Source of the DNA: Alphaproteobacteria bacterium
Lineage (GTDB): Bacteria > Pseudomonadota > Alphaproteobacteria > Rs-D84 > CASDRH01
NCBI GenBank assembly: GCA_025210155.1
Contig: JAOASE010000006.1
Span: 79,678 to 111,677, forward strand
Direction: 5' to 3'
DNA: 32,000 nucleotides
The first letter of the stretch is position 1; the number at the start of each line of letters is the position of its first letter. Below are positions 8,274-17,372 of this stretch, in pieces. A program made the position numbers and the translations under genes. The notes under the pieces were generated by a model. The model did not search any database. It saw only the letters and a list, made by a program, of their open reading frames with translations, and was not told the origin of the DNA.

Positions 8274-9134
8274 ATGAGCAAGATTATAAATGGAAAAGAG
8301 ATAGCTGAAAACATATTAAAAGAACTTAAAGAAGAAGTTAAGGCTGCAGAGACTCAAATAAGCAAATCACCCCAACTTTCTATAATATTAGTTGGAGATA
8401 ATTCTGAAAGCAAAATTTATGTAAAAAACAAAATTGCCAGAGCCAAAGACGTTGGCATAGAAGCAAGTTTTTATGAACTACCTGAAGATTGTTCAGAAGG
8501 CGATTTAGAATTTTTAATAGATAGTTTAAATACCGACGAAGATGTTAATGGAATTATAGTTCAACTACCATTGCCAAAACATCTAAACGAAGATAAAATT
8601 TTAAATAAAATCACCCCTGAAAAAGATGTGGATGGATTCACCGATACTAATCAAGATGCTTTATTTAAAGGAAGTTCTGACTTCATATTCCCTGCAACTC
8701 CATTAGCTGTTATAGAACTTATTAACAGATTTGATAACGATATAAATGGAAAGAAAAGTTGCGTTATTGGAAAGTCAAAAATTGTCGGGAAACCTCTGGC
8801 AAAAATGTTGGAAAACCTTGGTGCGGATGTAACTACTATAGATAGAGACACTAAAAACCCTGAAGACATTTCATCAAGTGCTGACTTATTAATAGTTGCT
8901 GCTGGAAGCAAACATTTAGTTAAAGAGAACTGGGTAAAAGAAGACGCATTAATAATTGACATTGGTATTACAAAAGATAACGATGGAAAGATTTATGGAG
9001 ATGTAGATTTCGATAATGTTGTTGATAAAGCTAGAGCTATCACACCCGTTCCTGGAGGCGTAGGACCTATGACAATTGCAATGCTTCTTACAAATACTGT
9101 CAAAGCATTTGAAAAACAAAATAAACTTATTTAA
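8274..9134 (+). CDS. folD: Bifunctional methylenetetrahydrofolate dehydrogenase/cyclohydrolase
   Basis: 286 aa. Motifs 'ILVGDNSESKIYVKNK', 'GIIVQLPLPKHL' and 'ITPVPGGVGPMTIAMLL' are present. Confidence 0.95.
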   Translation: MSKIINGKEIAENILKELKEEVKAAETQISKSPQLSIILVGDNSESKIYVKNKIARAKDVGIEASFYELPEDCSEGDLEFLIDSLNTDEDVNGIIVQLPLPKHLNEDKILNKITPEKDVDGFTDTNQDALFKGSSDFIFPATPLAVIELINRFDNDINGKKSCVIGKSKIVGKPLAKMLENLGADVTTIDRDTKNPEDISSSADLLIVAAGSKHLVKENWVKEDALIIDIGITKDNDGKIYGDVDFDNVVDKARAITPVPGGVGPMTIAMLLTNTVKAFEKQNKLI

Positions 9135-9148
9135 TTTTGGAGAATATT

Positions 9149-9808
9149 ATGAATATTTATATACTGATCTTTATATCTTTGATTACTGCTTATGTAATTG
9201 GATCAATACCTTTTGGTATAGTAATAAACAAATTATTTAATGGACCAGATTTAAAGACTATTGGATCTGGAAGTACTGGAACAACAAATGTATATAGGGC
9301 TTCCGGCGCCGTTGCTGCCTTATTAACACTTCTGCTGGATTCATTTAAAGCTGTAATCGCAATATTAGTTGTTAGATTTTTAATTTCTGGAGATGCTGTT
9401 GCAAATTTAGGACTAGAAACCAATCTTGCAGACTTCATGATTTCATTTGTAGCCGGCTTTACAGCATTAATAGGGCATTGCTTTTCACCGTTTCTTAGAT
9501 TTAAAGGGGGAAAGGCAGTAGCCACTTCTGCGGGATTAATATTTTATTTAAATCCTAAAACTGCATTAATAGCCTTACTTGCTTGGATAATCTTATTTTC
9601 ATGGAAAAGATATGTATCTTTAGCCAGCATATCAGCTGCATTTGCATATCCTTTGATATTATCTTTCATGGACACTTCAATGATAACTTGTGAAAAAATA
9701 TATTCTTTTATTTTACTAGCAATATTTATATTAGTAAGACACAAAGATAATGTTAAAAGATTGATAAATGGGAATGAAAATAAAATATCATTTTCTAAAA
9801 AGAAATAA
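9149..9808 (+). CDS. plsY: Glycerol-3-phosphate acyltransferase PlsY
   Basis: Polytopic membrane protein with 'GSGSTGTTNVYRA' and 'FKGGKAVATSAG' motifs. I moved the start to the ATG at 9149 (MNIYIL...), preceded by GGAG at 9139-9142. The track ORF begins at a TTG at 9137. Confidence 0.9.
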   Translation: MNIYILIFISLITAYVIGSIPFGIVINKLFNGPDLKTIGSGSTGTTNVYRASGAVAALLTLLLDSFKAVIAILVVRFLISGDAVANLGLETNLADFMISFVAGFTALIGHCFSPFLRFKGGKAVATSAGLIFYLNPKTALIALLAWIILFSWKRYVSLASISAAFAYPLILSFMDTSMITCEKIYSFILLAIFILVRHKDNVKRLINGNENKISFSKKK

Positions 9809-9820
9809 TTAATAATTAAA

Positions 9821-10930
9821 ATGGATAAAATTGAAAAAATAAATTCCTTAAGACTAATTAATACCCCTCAAATTGGAGGAGTAAATTTCAGACGCCTTAT
9901 TAATAAATATGGAAATGCAAATGAAGCGATTAAAGCTGTTAAGGTACTCTGGGAACGAAAGGGGCTTGAAGTTTGTAGTGTAGATTTTGCCGAAGCTGAA
10001 ATTAAAAAAGCTGATGAAAAAGGGATTAGAATTTTATTCTGGAAAGAAAGTGATTTCCCTAAAAAATTTTTAGAAATAGCTGATTTACCTCCCATTATAT
10101 ATGTTCTTGGAAATGTCAGGGCTCTATCAAACAAATCTATTGCAATGGTTGGATCTAGAAATGCATCTGTTAATAGTAGAAATCTAACTTTTAACATATC
10201 AAAAGAACTATCTGAAAAAAATATTACCGTAGTTTCTGGACTAGCCTTAGGAATTGATACAGCTGCGCATGAAGGTGCATTAGCTGGAGGTGGAAGCTTT
10301 CCAACTGTAGCTGTTTTAGCCGGAGGAGTAGATGTTATATACCCACTTAGAAATAAAGATATATATAAATCAATTATTGAAAATGGTGGTGCTATAGTTT
10401 CTGAAAACCTAATTAATGCAAAACCTATTGCTGCGAATTTTCCAAGAAGGAATAAATTAATTTCTGGATTAGCCTGTTCTGTTTGCGTAATGGAAGCTAA
10501 TGAAAAATCTGGGTCTTTAATAACTGCTAAATATGCTCAGAAACAAAAGAAAAGTATTTTTGCTGTACCTGCAAACCCATTAAACCCTCAAGCTAATGGA
10601 ACTAATATGCTGTTGAAGAGTGGAGCTAACATGCTTATGTCTGCAAGCGATATTTTAGAAAATATAAATAATGAAATGTCTAGCGATCTATTTGATAGCA
10701 TAAATGAAGACTCCTTGTCTTTTGAAGATGAACTAGAGGTGGATAAATTGGAAGATAAAAATATTGAGAATGAAATTCTTTCTATGCTTTCTGAAAATCC
10801 AATATCACTTCATGAAATTATTGAAAAATCATCTTTAAATAAAAAAGATATAATTTCACACCTACTTTTGCTGGAATTAGATGGCAAAATTATATCTGAA
10901 AATTCTAATATGTATTCTAGAGTTTTTTAA
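9821..10930 (+). CDS. dprA: DNA processing protein DprA (Smf)
   Basis: 369 aa. 'IAMVGSRNAS', 'VVSGLALGIDTAAHEGAL' and 'FPRRNKLISGL' mark the DprA Rossmann-like core. A C-terminal winged-helix-like tail is present. Confidence 0.9.
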   Translation: MDKIEKINSLRLINTPQIGGVNFRRLINKYGNANEAIKAVKVLWERKGLEVCSVDFAEAEIKKADEKGIRILFWKESDFPKKFLEIADLPPIIYVLGNVRALSNKSIAMVGSRNASVNSRNLTFNISKELSEKNITVVSGLALGIDTAAHEGALAGGGSFPTVAVLAGGVDVIYPLRNKDIYKSIIENGGAIVSENLINAKPIAANFPRRNKLISGLACSVCVMEANEKSGSLITAKYAQKQKKSIFAVPANPLNPQANGTNMLLKSGANMLMSASDILENINNEMSSDLFDSINEDSLSFEDELEVDKLEDKNIENEILSMLSENPISLHEIIEKSSLNKKDIISHLLLLELDGKIISENSNMYSRVF

Positions 10931-10931
10931 A

Positions 10932-11657
10932 CTATTTAAACAGAATTTGATTATATATAGATGCTATTGAAATGCAGGCCGTCTCTGCTCTAAGAATTAG
11001 AGAACCCAGATCTATGGACTTAACATTATATTTTTCAAAAAGTTCAAATTCCTGTTTTGAAAAACCTCCCTCTGGACCAACTATAAATATATTTTCACTT
11101 TTGAAGTTTATTTCTGTATTTAATAAATTAGATCCTTTACCAGCCCTCTCATCTAGCGCATATATTTCAACATTATCTTTTTTAGATTGGCCTCTTAGAA
11201 ATTCCTCCAACTTTATAACGTCTGAAATTTCTGGAACTGAAATTCTTTCACACTGTTCACAAGCCTCTTTTGAAATAGCTTGCATCTTATCTTTTCTTAT
11301 ATGCTTGCTATAAGTATGTTCCGTTATGATTGGAGTTAATTTAGAAGCACCTAATTCTGTAAGCTTTTCAATTAGTATAGAAAGCCTATGTGGTTTTATT
11401 AAAGAAAAAGCAATGTGTAAATTTGTTTGCAATTCTTCTGATAAGTCTTTTACTTTTTTAACTGGAAGTAATGAGCAACTCTTTTTGGTTAACTGAGAAA
11501 TCTCTGCAACAAACTCTCCTGATATAGAATTGAAAATATTTATTTTATCACCTATAGATTTTCTCATAACATTCTTTAGATAATGAGTTGTTTTGCTATC
11601 TAACTCTATAATTTTATCTTTAGAAATTAACTCTTCTACACATATTCTTATTTGCAT
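10932..11657 (-). CDS. rsmE: 16S rRNA (uracil1498-N3)-methyltransferase RsmE
   Basis: 241 aa. 'THYLKNVMR' (PUA-like N-terminus), 'IFIVGPEGGFSKQE' and 'LGSLILRAETA' are present. Its stop lies 1 nt from the dprA stop (convergent). Confidence 0.85.
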   Translation of the reverse strand: MQIRICVEELISKDKIIELDSKTTHYLKNVMRKSIGDKINIFNSISGEFVAEISQLTKKSCSLLPVKKVKDLSEELQTNLHIAFSLIKPHRLSILIEKLTELGASKLTPIITEHTYSKHIRKDKMQAISKEACEQCERISVPEISDVIKLEEFLRGQSKKDNVEIYALDERAGKGSNLLNTEINFKSENIFIVGPEGGFSKQEFELFEKYNVKSIDLGSLILRAETACISIASIYNQILFK

Positions 11658-11700
11658 TTTTATGATTCCATTTCTTCAACTTTTGTGATATAATATATTC

Positions 11701-12399
11701 ATGATATATAAAAATTTTAATATTAAAACATTTTTTTTAAGTATAGTTGCTCTATCATCCTTTGTGATAGGTATTATTTCTTTTGAGGAAGCTAAGGAAA
11801 AAGAGATCTATAGATTTGAAAAAGTCGATATCAACAATGTTAAGGACTTCCCAATAGAAGATGTTGAGAAAAAGATTTCTAAATTCATTGGTATGAATAT
11901 GGAAGATATAGATATTGAATATCTTAAAGAAGATTTATTAAACCTTGGTTGGGTTAAGAATGTATCTGTTAGAAAAAAGTTTCCAGATCAAATTATAATG
12001 ACGTTTATAGAAAAAGTTCCTTTCGCAGTTTGGAAAAGAAATGGTAAATTCTTGTTTATTGAGGAAGATGGGTCTGTAATAAATTATCCTATAAAATTTT
12101 CTCACACCGATTTTATACTTGTTGAAAATAGAATCCCTCCTTCTAACTTAAAAGAATTCTTTTCAATTCTTGATCAAAGCAAATATATAAAAGAAAAAGT
12201 TCTTTCAATTAAAAAAATATCTAATAGAAGATATGATATAAAACTTAAAAGCTTTGATAACACAATACTTATAAAACTTCCTGAAGAAGAGGTTTTAAGC
12301 ACCTTAAAAAGGCTTGAAAAAATGGATGTTGAAAGAGATTTTTTAAAAAGAAATGTTAATGAAATAGATGCAAGAAATTCTGATTGGATAATTAGGTAA
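11701..12399 (+). CDS. ftsQ: Cell division protein FtsQ
   Basis: 232 aa. It has an N-terminal TM segment and a POTRA-like 'VKNVSVRKKFPDQIIMTFIEKVPFAVW'. It lies directly upstream of ftsA. Confidence 0.8.
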   Translation: MIYKNFNIKTFFLSIVALSSFVIGIISFEEAKEKEIYRFEKVDINNVKDFPIEDVEKKISKFIGMNMEDIDIEYLKEDLLNLGWVKNVSVRKKFPDQIIMTFIEKVPFAVWKRNGKFLFIEEDGSVINYPIKFSHTDFILVENRIPPSNLKEFFSILDQSKYIKEKVLSIKKISNRRYDIKLKSFDNTILIKLPEEEVLSTLKRLEKMDVERDFLKRNVNEIDARNSDWIIR

Positions 12400-12403
12400 T
12401 AGA

Positions 12404-13666
12404 ATGATTTATTATGGGAAGAAAAAAAACGAAACATCTTCTAATCTTATTTCTGGAATAGAAATAGGAACTTCTACCATATCATGTTTTGTTGGAGATT
12501 TTGACGAAGAAAAAAAGACTAGTGCAATATTAGGATTTGGTCAAAATAAAAATCTTGGAATGGATAGAAATAGAATTACAGATATAAAGAAATTTAAGAA
12601 TTCTATCCAATCAGCTATTAAAAAGGCAGAAGATGAATCAGGAACTAAAATAGAAGAAGCTTTTATCACCTCTAGTTTATTAAAACCTAAAACAAAATTA
12701 GTTAATGTTTTAAGCGAAATAACCTTTGGAAAAAAAGTTTCTAACTATGATTTAAATCATGCTTTTAGAAAAATTGATCTATCTAGTTTTGAGAATGATG
12801 AAAATAAAATACTTCATATAATACCTGTTGAATATAGGCTTGACGGGAATGAAATTAAAGGTTCTCCAATTGGTTTGTATGGTAGTCAACTTCAGATAAA
12901 ATATAACATTGTTTACACAAATAGATTTGCATTACAAAATATCAACAACCTTATTAAGGGATGCATGATTGATGTTAAGGCAATTACAACATCTGCATAT
13001 TCATCGGGCCTAGCTTGTATGGAAAGTATAAATCATTCTGTTGGAAACTATATTGTTCTAGACATAGGAGCTTCAAATGTATCTATTGCAATGTTTTCTA
13101 AAGATTTATTACTCCACTTAGTTCAATTACCTCTTGGTAGTGAATATATAACTATTGATATTGCCAAGGTTTTGAACACTGATAAAAAAGAGGCTGAGAG
13201 AATTAAAAATCTATATGGTTCTGTCGAAATATCTGAGAATGACTTTACAAATAATGTAAACATTACATCTTTAACAGATACAAATCAAAAAGAGATTTCA
13301 ACAGTATCTAAAGGTGATATTTGTAATATCATAAGACCTAGAGTTGAAGAAATCTTTAACTATGTTAGAACTTATTTAGAAAGCAGGCATGCTCTTGCCC
13401 CTATAAGTAAAATACTTATGACTGGCGGCGGTGCAAATTTAAATGGCATGAAGGATTTAGCTGAAGAAATATTAGGCAAACCTGTTTCTAAAATTGCTTA
13501 TAATAAGTTTTCAACTCCTATAGAAGAATTGTCGGATCCTATGTTTGCTTCTTTATTCGGATTGATAGAATATAAAAGCATTCATGAATATGAATTAGAA
13601 AAGAAAGAAAGTCTTAAATCTAAGATTTTAGCAAAAGTTAAAAAGTGGATTGACGATAACTTTTAA
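12404..13666 (+). CDS. ftsA: Cell division protein FtsA
   Basis: 420 aa actin-like ATPase. Motifs 'GIEIGTSTISCFVG', 'VLDIGASNVSIAMF' and 'LMTGGGANLNGM' are present. Confidence 0.9.
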   Translation: MIYYGKKKNETSSNLISGIEIGTSTISCFVGDFDEEKKTSAILGFGQNKNLGMDRNRITDIKKFKNSIQSAIKKAEDESGTKIEEAFITSSLLKPKTKLVNVLSEITFGKKVSNYDLNHAFRKIDLSSFENDENKILHIIPVEYRLDGNEIKGSPIGLYGSQLQIKYNIVYTNRFALQNINNLIKGCMIDVKAITTSAYSSGLACMESINHSVGNYIVLDIGASNVSIAMFSKDLLLHLVQLPLGSEYITIDIAKVLNTDKKEAERIKNLYGSVEISENDFTNNVNITSLTDTNQKEISTVSKGDICNIIRPRVEEIFNYVRTYLESRHALAPISKILMTGGGANLNGMKDLAEEILGKPVSKIAYNKFSTPIEELSDPMFASLFGLIEYKSIHEYELEKKESLKSKILAKVKKWIDDNF

Positions 13667-13682
13667 CTTTGGAGGTTTTAAT

Positions 13683-14357
13683 ATGTTCAAAAAAAGAAAA
13701 CAAAAAATTCAAATATCTCCTTCTATATTTGCGGCAGATACTTTAAATCTTGAAAAAGAAATAAAACTAATAAACAAAACCTCTTGTGAAATGATTCATG
13801 TTGATATAATGGATGGAATATTTGTCCCAAACGTATCTTTACCATTGAGCATAATAGATGTACTAAACAAGAAATCAAATAAAATTTTAGATGTTCATCT
13901 TATGGTTAAAAAGCCAATTGATTTTATCAACAATATATCTAAAAAATTTAAAAAAGGAATTATAACAATTCATCTTGAAGCTGAAAAACCATTAGAAGCT
14001 TTGGAACTAATAAAGAAGTTAAAATTCAAAGCTGGAGTAGTTATTAAACCCGAAACTTCTTTTAAAAAAATGGATAAATTCTTAAAGGAAAACCATGAGC
14101 TAATTGATAATGTTTTGGTTATGGGTGTTACCCCTGGTTTTTCTGGTCAAAAATTTAAAAAAGAAACGATAAATACCGTTAAAAATATTAGGAATATATT
14201 AGATGAATTAAAATCTAAAATAACTATAGAAGTTGATGGTGGAGTGAATGATAAAAACATGAAATCTTTAAAAGATGCCGGAGCTAATATACTTGTTGCT
14301 GGCAGCTATATCTTTTCATCAAAAGACTATGAAAAATCAATAAAAGAATTGAGATAA
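13683..14357 (+). CDS. rpe: Ribulose-phosphate 3-epimerase
   Basis: 'ISPSIFAAD', 'HVDIMDGIFVPN', 'HLMV', 'TPGFSGQKF' and 'EVDGGV' are present. I placed the start at the ATG at 13683, preceded by GGAGG at 13671-13675. The track ORF start at 13650 would overlap ftsA. Confidence 0.9.
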   Translation: MFKKRKQKIQISPSIFAADTLNLEKEIKLINKTSCEMIHVDIMDGIFVPNVSLPLSIIDVLNKKSNKILDVHLMVKKPIDFINNISKKFKKGIITIHLEAEKPLEALELIKKLKFKAGVVIKPETSFKKMDKFLKENHELIDNVLVMGVTPGFSGQKFKKETINTVKNIRNILDELKSKITIEVDGGVNDKNMKSLKDAGANILVAGSYIFSSKDYEKSIKELR

Positions 14358-14360
14358 ATT

Positions 14361-15233
14361 TTATTTAGAAAATATTAATATTCTGATTATATCAGAAAAA
14401 TCTTTAATTGTTTCTTCTAATTTAAAACCGTTATTTGAGAAAATCTCTTCGATATCAGATTCTTGCCCCCCTCCGATCTCAAGATATATTTTTCCAGTCG
14501 AATCCGATAACAAATCCAGATCCTTTATAACTTTAGCTATATCTCTATAGCAGTTCAACCCATCATTACCACCATCCAATGCAAACATAGGATCATACTT
14601 TTTAACTTCCAATTGAAGATCTTTTACATCTCCAGATTTTATATAAGGAGGGTTTGAAATTATCAAATCAAACTTTTGATCTTTATCAAAATCCTTATCT
14701 GAAAGATAATTCCAAGATTTATTTTTCAACAAAAATCTATCAGAAACTTTTAATAAATTTGAATTTTTGTTAGCAATCTTAACAGCCTTTTTAGAGATAT
14801 CAAAACCCAAGCCTTTTGCATTTTTGAAGTGTTTTAATAGTGATAACATTATACATCCACTACCAACTCCAAACTCTAATATTGAAAGAGGTTTTTTCTT
14901 ATCATTTTTTGAGACTATATCATCTACTAAAATTTCAGTTTCAGATCTTGGATCTAGAACATTTTTTGTAGTTATAAATTCAGAATTATAAAATTCCTTT
15001 CTGCCTATAATTTTATATAGAGGAATTCCTCTCAATCTCTTTTTAAGAAATATATTTAATTTTATTTTTTGAAGAATAGAAAGCTTCTTTTTTCCAAATA
15101 AAAATAATTCATTTTCTTTTATACCCAAAATATAAGATAGAATAATTTTACTTTCTAAAGAAGCCTCTTCTTTTGATATAGGCGATAACTTTTCTGCTAT
15201 TTTTTTTTGCAAGCTTTTAATTGTCTTTGTCAT
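14361..15233 (-). CDS. prmC: Release factor glutamine N5-methyltransferase PrmC (HemK)
   Basis: 290 aa. SAM-binding 'LEFGVGSGCI' and catalytic 'NPPY' ('IISNPPYIKSGD') are present. Its stop lies 3 nt from the rpe stop. Confidence 0.9.
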   Translation of the reverse strand: MTKTIKSLQKKIAEKLSPISKEEASLESKIILSYILGIKENELFLFGKKKLSILQKIKLNIFLKKRLRGIPLYKIIGRKEFYNSEFITTKNVLDPRSETEILVDDIVSKNDKKKPLSILEFGVGSGCIMLSLLKHFKNAKGLGFDISKKAVKIANKNSNLLKVSDRFLLKNKSWNYLSDKDFDKDQKFDLIISNPPYIKSGDVKDLQLEVKKYDPMFALDGGNDGLNCYRDIAKVIKDLDLLSDSTGKIYLEIGGGQESDIEEIFSNNGFKLEETIKDFSDIIRILIFSK

Positions 15234-15287
15234 ATTTTTGTGCTATACTTTTCTTATATTAATTGAATATATAATATAGGTTTTATT

Positions 15288-16037
15288 ATGAAAAACAAGA
15301 TAAATTCACACTTTAAGATTGTTGTTACTATATGTACAGCCTGCGCTACTATGGTGTTTTTAAAGTTTGCCTTAGCTCAAAGCGAAACTCAAAAATCTAT
15401 CTACAGAGAAGAAACTAAAATATCTGAGGAGATAGATAATTATGAAGCTATGGAAGAAAAATATAAGCTGGAAATAGAAAAAAAGCAGAAAATAATTAAT
15501 ACTGCTCAAAGCAAAATGAAAAAGCTTAGAACTGATATATTTGAAACAGTTCAAGAAATTCACATAATCAAACAAAATGTTAGAGAGCTTTTCAATAGTA
15601 AGAAAAATACATACGAAGGACTAACTACTTTATCAGCTATAAATAGTAAAATTATACCTGAAGTACTTATATCTCCTGTAGGATATCAAAAGGAAGGCAC
15701 TATAGTTACTGAAAATGGAATTAAAAAGAATGTTGTTAGACCTTGGGGACAAGTCGCTATAAATAGATTTGGCGGACTTATTAGCGTTGACTCTGTAGGA
15801 GACAATTTCAAACATAAATATTTTAGAATAACGTATTCTGGATTACCTAACTATATATGTGAGGCCTTAATTTTATCTCGTTGGGAAGACAGCTATATTG
15901 GTAGCGCATGGGTTGGTGTTAATGGACATTACTTTTCTTGGGAAGAAGAATTTCAAGAAAACAGCTTGCCTATAAATCAACAAAAAGCCAAGGAAATTTG
16001 CAGAGGTGGTGGATACTTCCAAATAGGATTTGAATAG
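15288..16037 (+). CDS. Hypothetical exported or membrane-anchored protein: N-terminal hydrophobic segment, long charged helix, C-terminal type IVb-pilin-like two-Cys domain
   Basis: 249 aa. The N-terminal hydrophobic segment is 'FKIVVTICTACATMVFLKFALA'. A coiled-coil-like region covers roughly aa 35-105. The C-terminal 'KYFRITYSGLPNYICEALILS...KEICRGGGYFQIGFE' has Cys191 and Cys238. An in-frame upstream TGA at 15264 fixes the N-terminus. Confidence 0.6.
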   Translation: MKNKINSHFKIVVTICTACATMVFLKFALAQSETQKSIYREETKISEEIDNYEAMEEKYKLEIEKKQKIINTAQSKMKKLRTDIFETVQEIHIIKQNVRELFNSKKNTYEGLTTLSAINSKIIPEVLISPVGYQKEGTIVTENGIKKNVVRPWGQVAINRFGGLISVDSVGDNFKHKYFRITYSGLPNYICEALILSRWEDSYIGSAWVGVNGHYFSWEEEFQENSLPINQQKAKEICRGGGYFQIGFE

Positions 16038-16050
16038 ATTGAGATAATTA

Positions 16051-16082
16051 AATACCCTCATTAAAAGTGAGGGTATTTTTTA
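16051..16082 (+). terminator. Rho-independent terminator for the 249-aa gene; the hairpin overlaps the last codons of glyA on the opposite strand
   Basis: AATACCCTCA (16051-16060) pairs with TGAGGGTATT (16068-16077) around a 7-nt loop, followed by a T-run. The right arm and loop encode the glyA C-terminus ...KKYPHF* on the minus strand. Confidence 0.6.
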
Positions 16083-17353
16083 CATAACTCAGAAACTAAA
16101 TCTTTACTTTCTTTTATTAATTTATCATCTAAGCTTTCTTTGCTTTTAGCTTTTATTAACCTAGATATTATATTTGCTATTAAAACCATATCTTCCTCTT
16201 TAAATCCCCTTGTTGTACAAGCTGGAGTTCCCAATCTAATACCATTAGGGTTCATAGGAGATTTGTCACCAAATACTGAATTTTTATTACAGATAATACC
16301 AACCTCTGTTAGCAAATCTTCCATTTCAGATCCTGAAACCCCATAGCTTTTTAGATCGACCAAACAGATATGATTATCAGATCTATCTGATACAAGATTT
16401 ACATCTTCTTCTTTTAACTTATCACAAAATGCTTTGTTATTTAAAATAACTTGCTTTGAATATTCTTTAAATTCTGGTTGTAGCGCCTCATAGAATGAAA
16501 CCGCTTTTCCAGCTATTATGTGTTCCAGCGGACCCCCTTGGCAACCTGGGAAAATAGCCTTATCTATGAACTTGGCAATAGACTCATCATTAGATAATAT
16601 CATTCCACCTCTAGGACCTCTTAGCGTCTTATGAGTAGTTGTTGAAACTATATCAGCGTATTTACATGGATTTTCTAATTGCTTTCCTGCAACTAGCCCA
16701 GCAAAATGAGCCATATCCACAAACAACAATATTTCCTTATCTAATTTTTGTAATGAATTAATTTTATTTCTAATTCTTTTATAATCTATATCCCTTGTGT
16801 AGGCAGATCCACCCAGAATAACAACAAAACCTTTTTTAACATCTTTTGGAAGAGATGAATAATCTTCTATTTCTTTTTCTATAAAATCATAATCTATTAA
16901 GAAGCTTTCATCCAAACCATAATTATATGATTTGAACCATTTTCCTGATATAGTTGGTCTTGCACCATGAGTTAAATGCCCTCCTGCATCTAGAGACATT
17001 CCCAATACTTTTAAATCTTGAGGTTTGCATTTAAAATATTCACAACATGCAAATAATACTGCTAGATTTGCAGAGGCTCCAGAATGAGGTTGTACATTTG
17101 CGAATTTACATTCAAATAATTCCTTAGCTCTTTCTATAGCAAGAGCTTCAATTTTATCTATTTCACCACAACCTGCATAATATCTTTTTGAAGGATAACC
17201 TTCTGCATATTTATTTGTTAATATAGAACCACAAGCTTCCTGAACTTGCTTAGAAACAATGTTTTCCGAAGCTATCATCTCTATAACATTTTCCTGTCGA
17301 ATCTGCTCTTTTTCTATTAAATCGAATATAATTTGGTCTTTTTTATAACTCAT
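16061..17353 (-). CDS. glyA: Serine hydroxymethyltransferase
   Basis: 'ASENIVS', 'YAEGYPSKRYYAGC', 'HSGASANL' and the PLP-lysine motif 'TTTHKTLRGPRGG' are present. I set the start at the ATG at 17353 (MSYKKDQIIFDLIEKE...), preceded by GAGGTG. The track ORF extends 14 codons further upstream. Confidence 0.95.
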   Translation of the reverse strand: MSYKKDQIIFDLIEKEQIRQENVIEMIASENIVSKQVQEACGSILTNKYAEGYPSKRYYAGCGEIDKIEALAIERAKELFECKFANVQPHSGASANLAVLFACCEYFKCKPQDLKVLGMSLDAGGHLTHGARPTISGKWFKSYNYGLDESFLIDYDFIEKEIEDYSSLPKDVKKGFVVILGGSAYTRDIDYKRIRNKINSLQKLDKEILLFVDMAHFAGLVAGKQLENPCKYADIVSTTTHKTLRGPRGGMILSNDESIAKFIDKAIFPGCQGGPLEHIIAGKAVSFYEALQPEFKEYSKQVILNNKAFCDKLKEEDVNLVSDRSDNHICLVDLKSYGVSGSEMEDLLTEVGIICNKNSVFGDKSPMNPNGIRLGTPACTTRGFKEEDMVLIANIISRLIKAKSKESLDDKLIKESKDLVSELCKKYPHF

Positions 17354-17372
17354 ACTTAGCACCTCACTTAAA

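Noticed and set aside
9821-10930. dprA next to a type IV pilus operon as evidence for a natural competence system
   Set aside because: DprA is broadly conserved in non-competent bacteria. The pil operon is of the T4b (R64-type) class, not the competence-associated T4a/Com class. No comEC/comEA-like genes are in the window.
8651-11313. Antisense ORFs of 103-113 aa within folD, plsY, dprA and rsmE (8651-8962, 9190-9525, 9868-10197, 10972-11313)
   Set aside because: All are fully nested opposite strongly supported housekeeping genes. They have no RBS or recognisable motifs.
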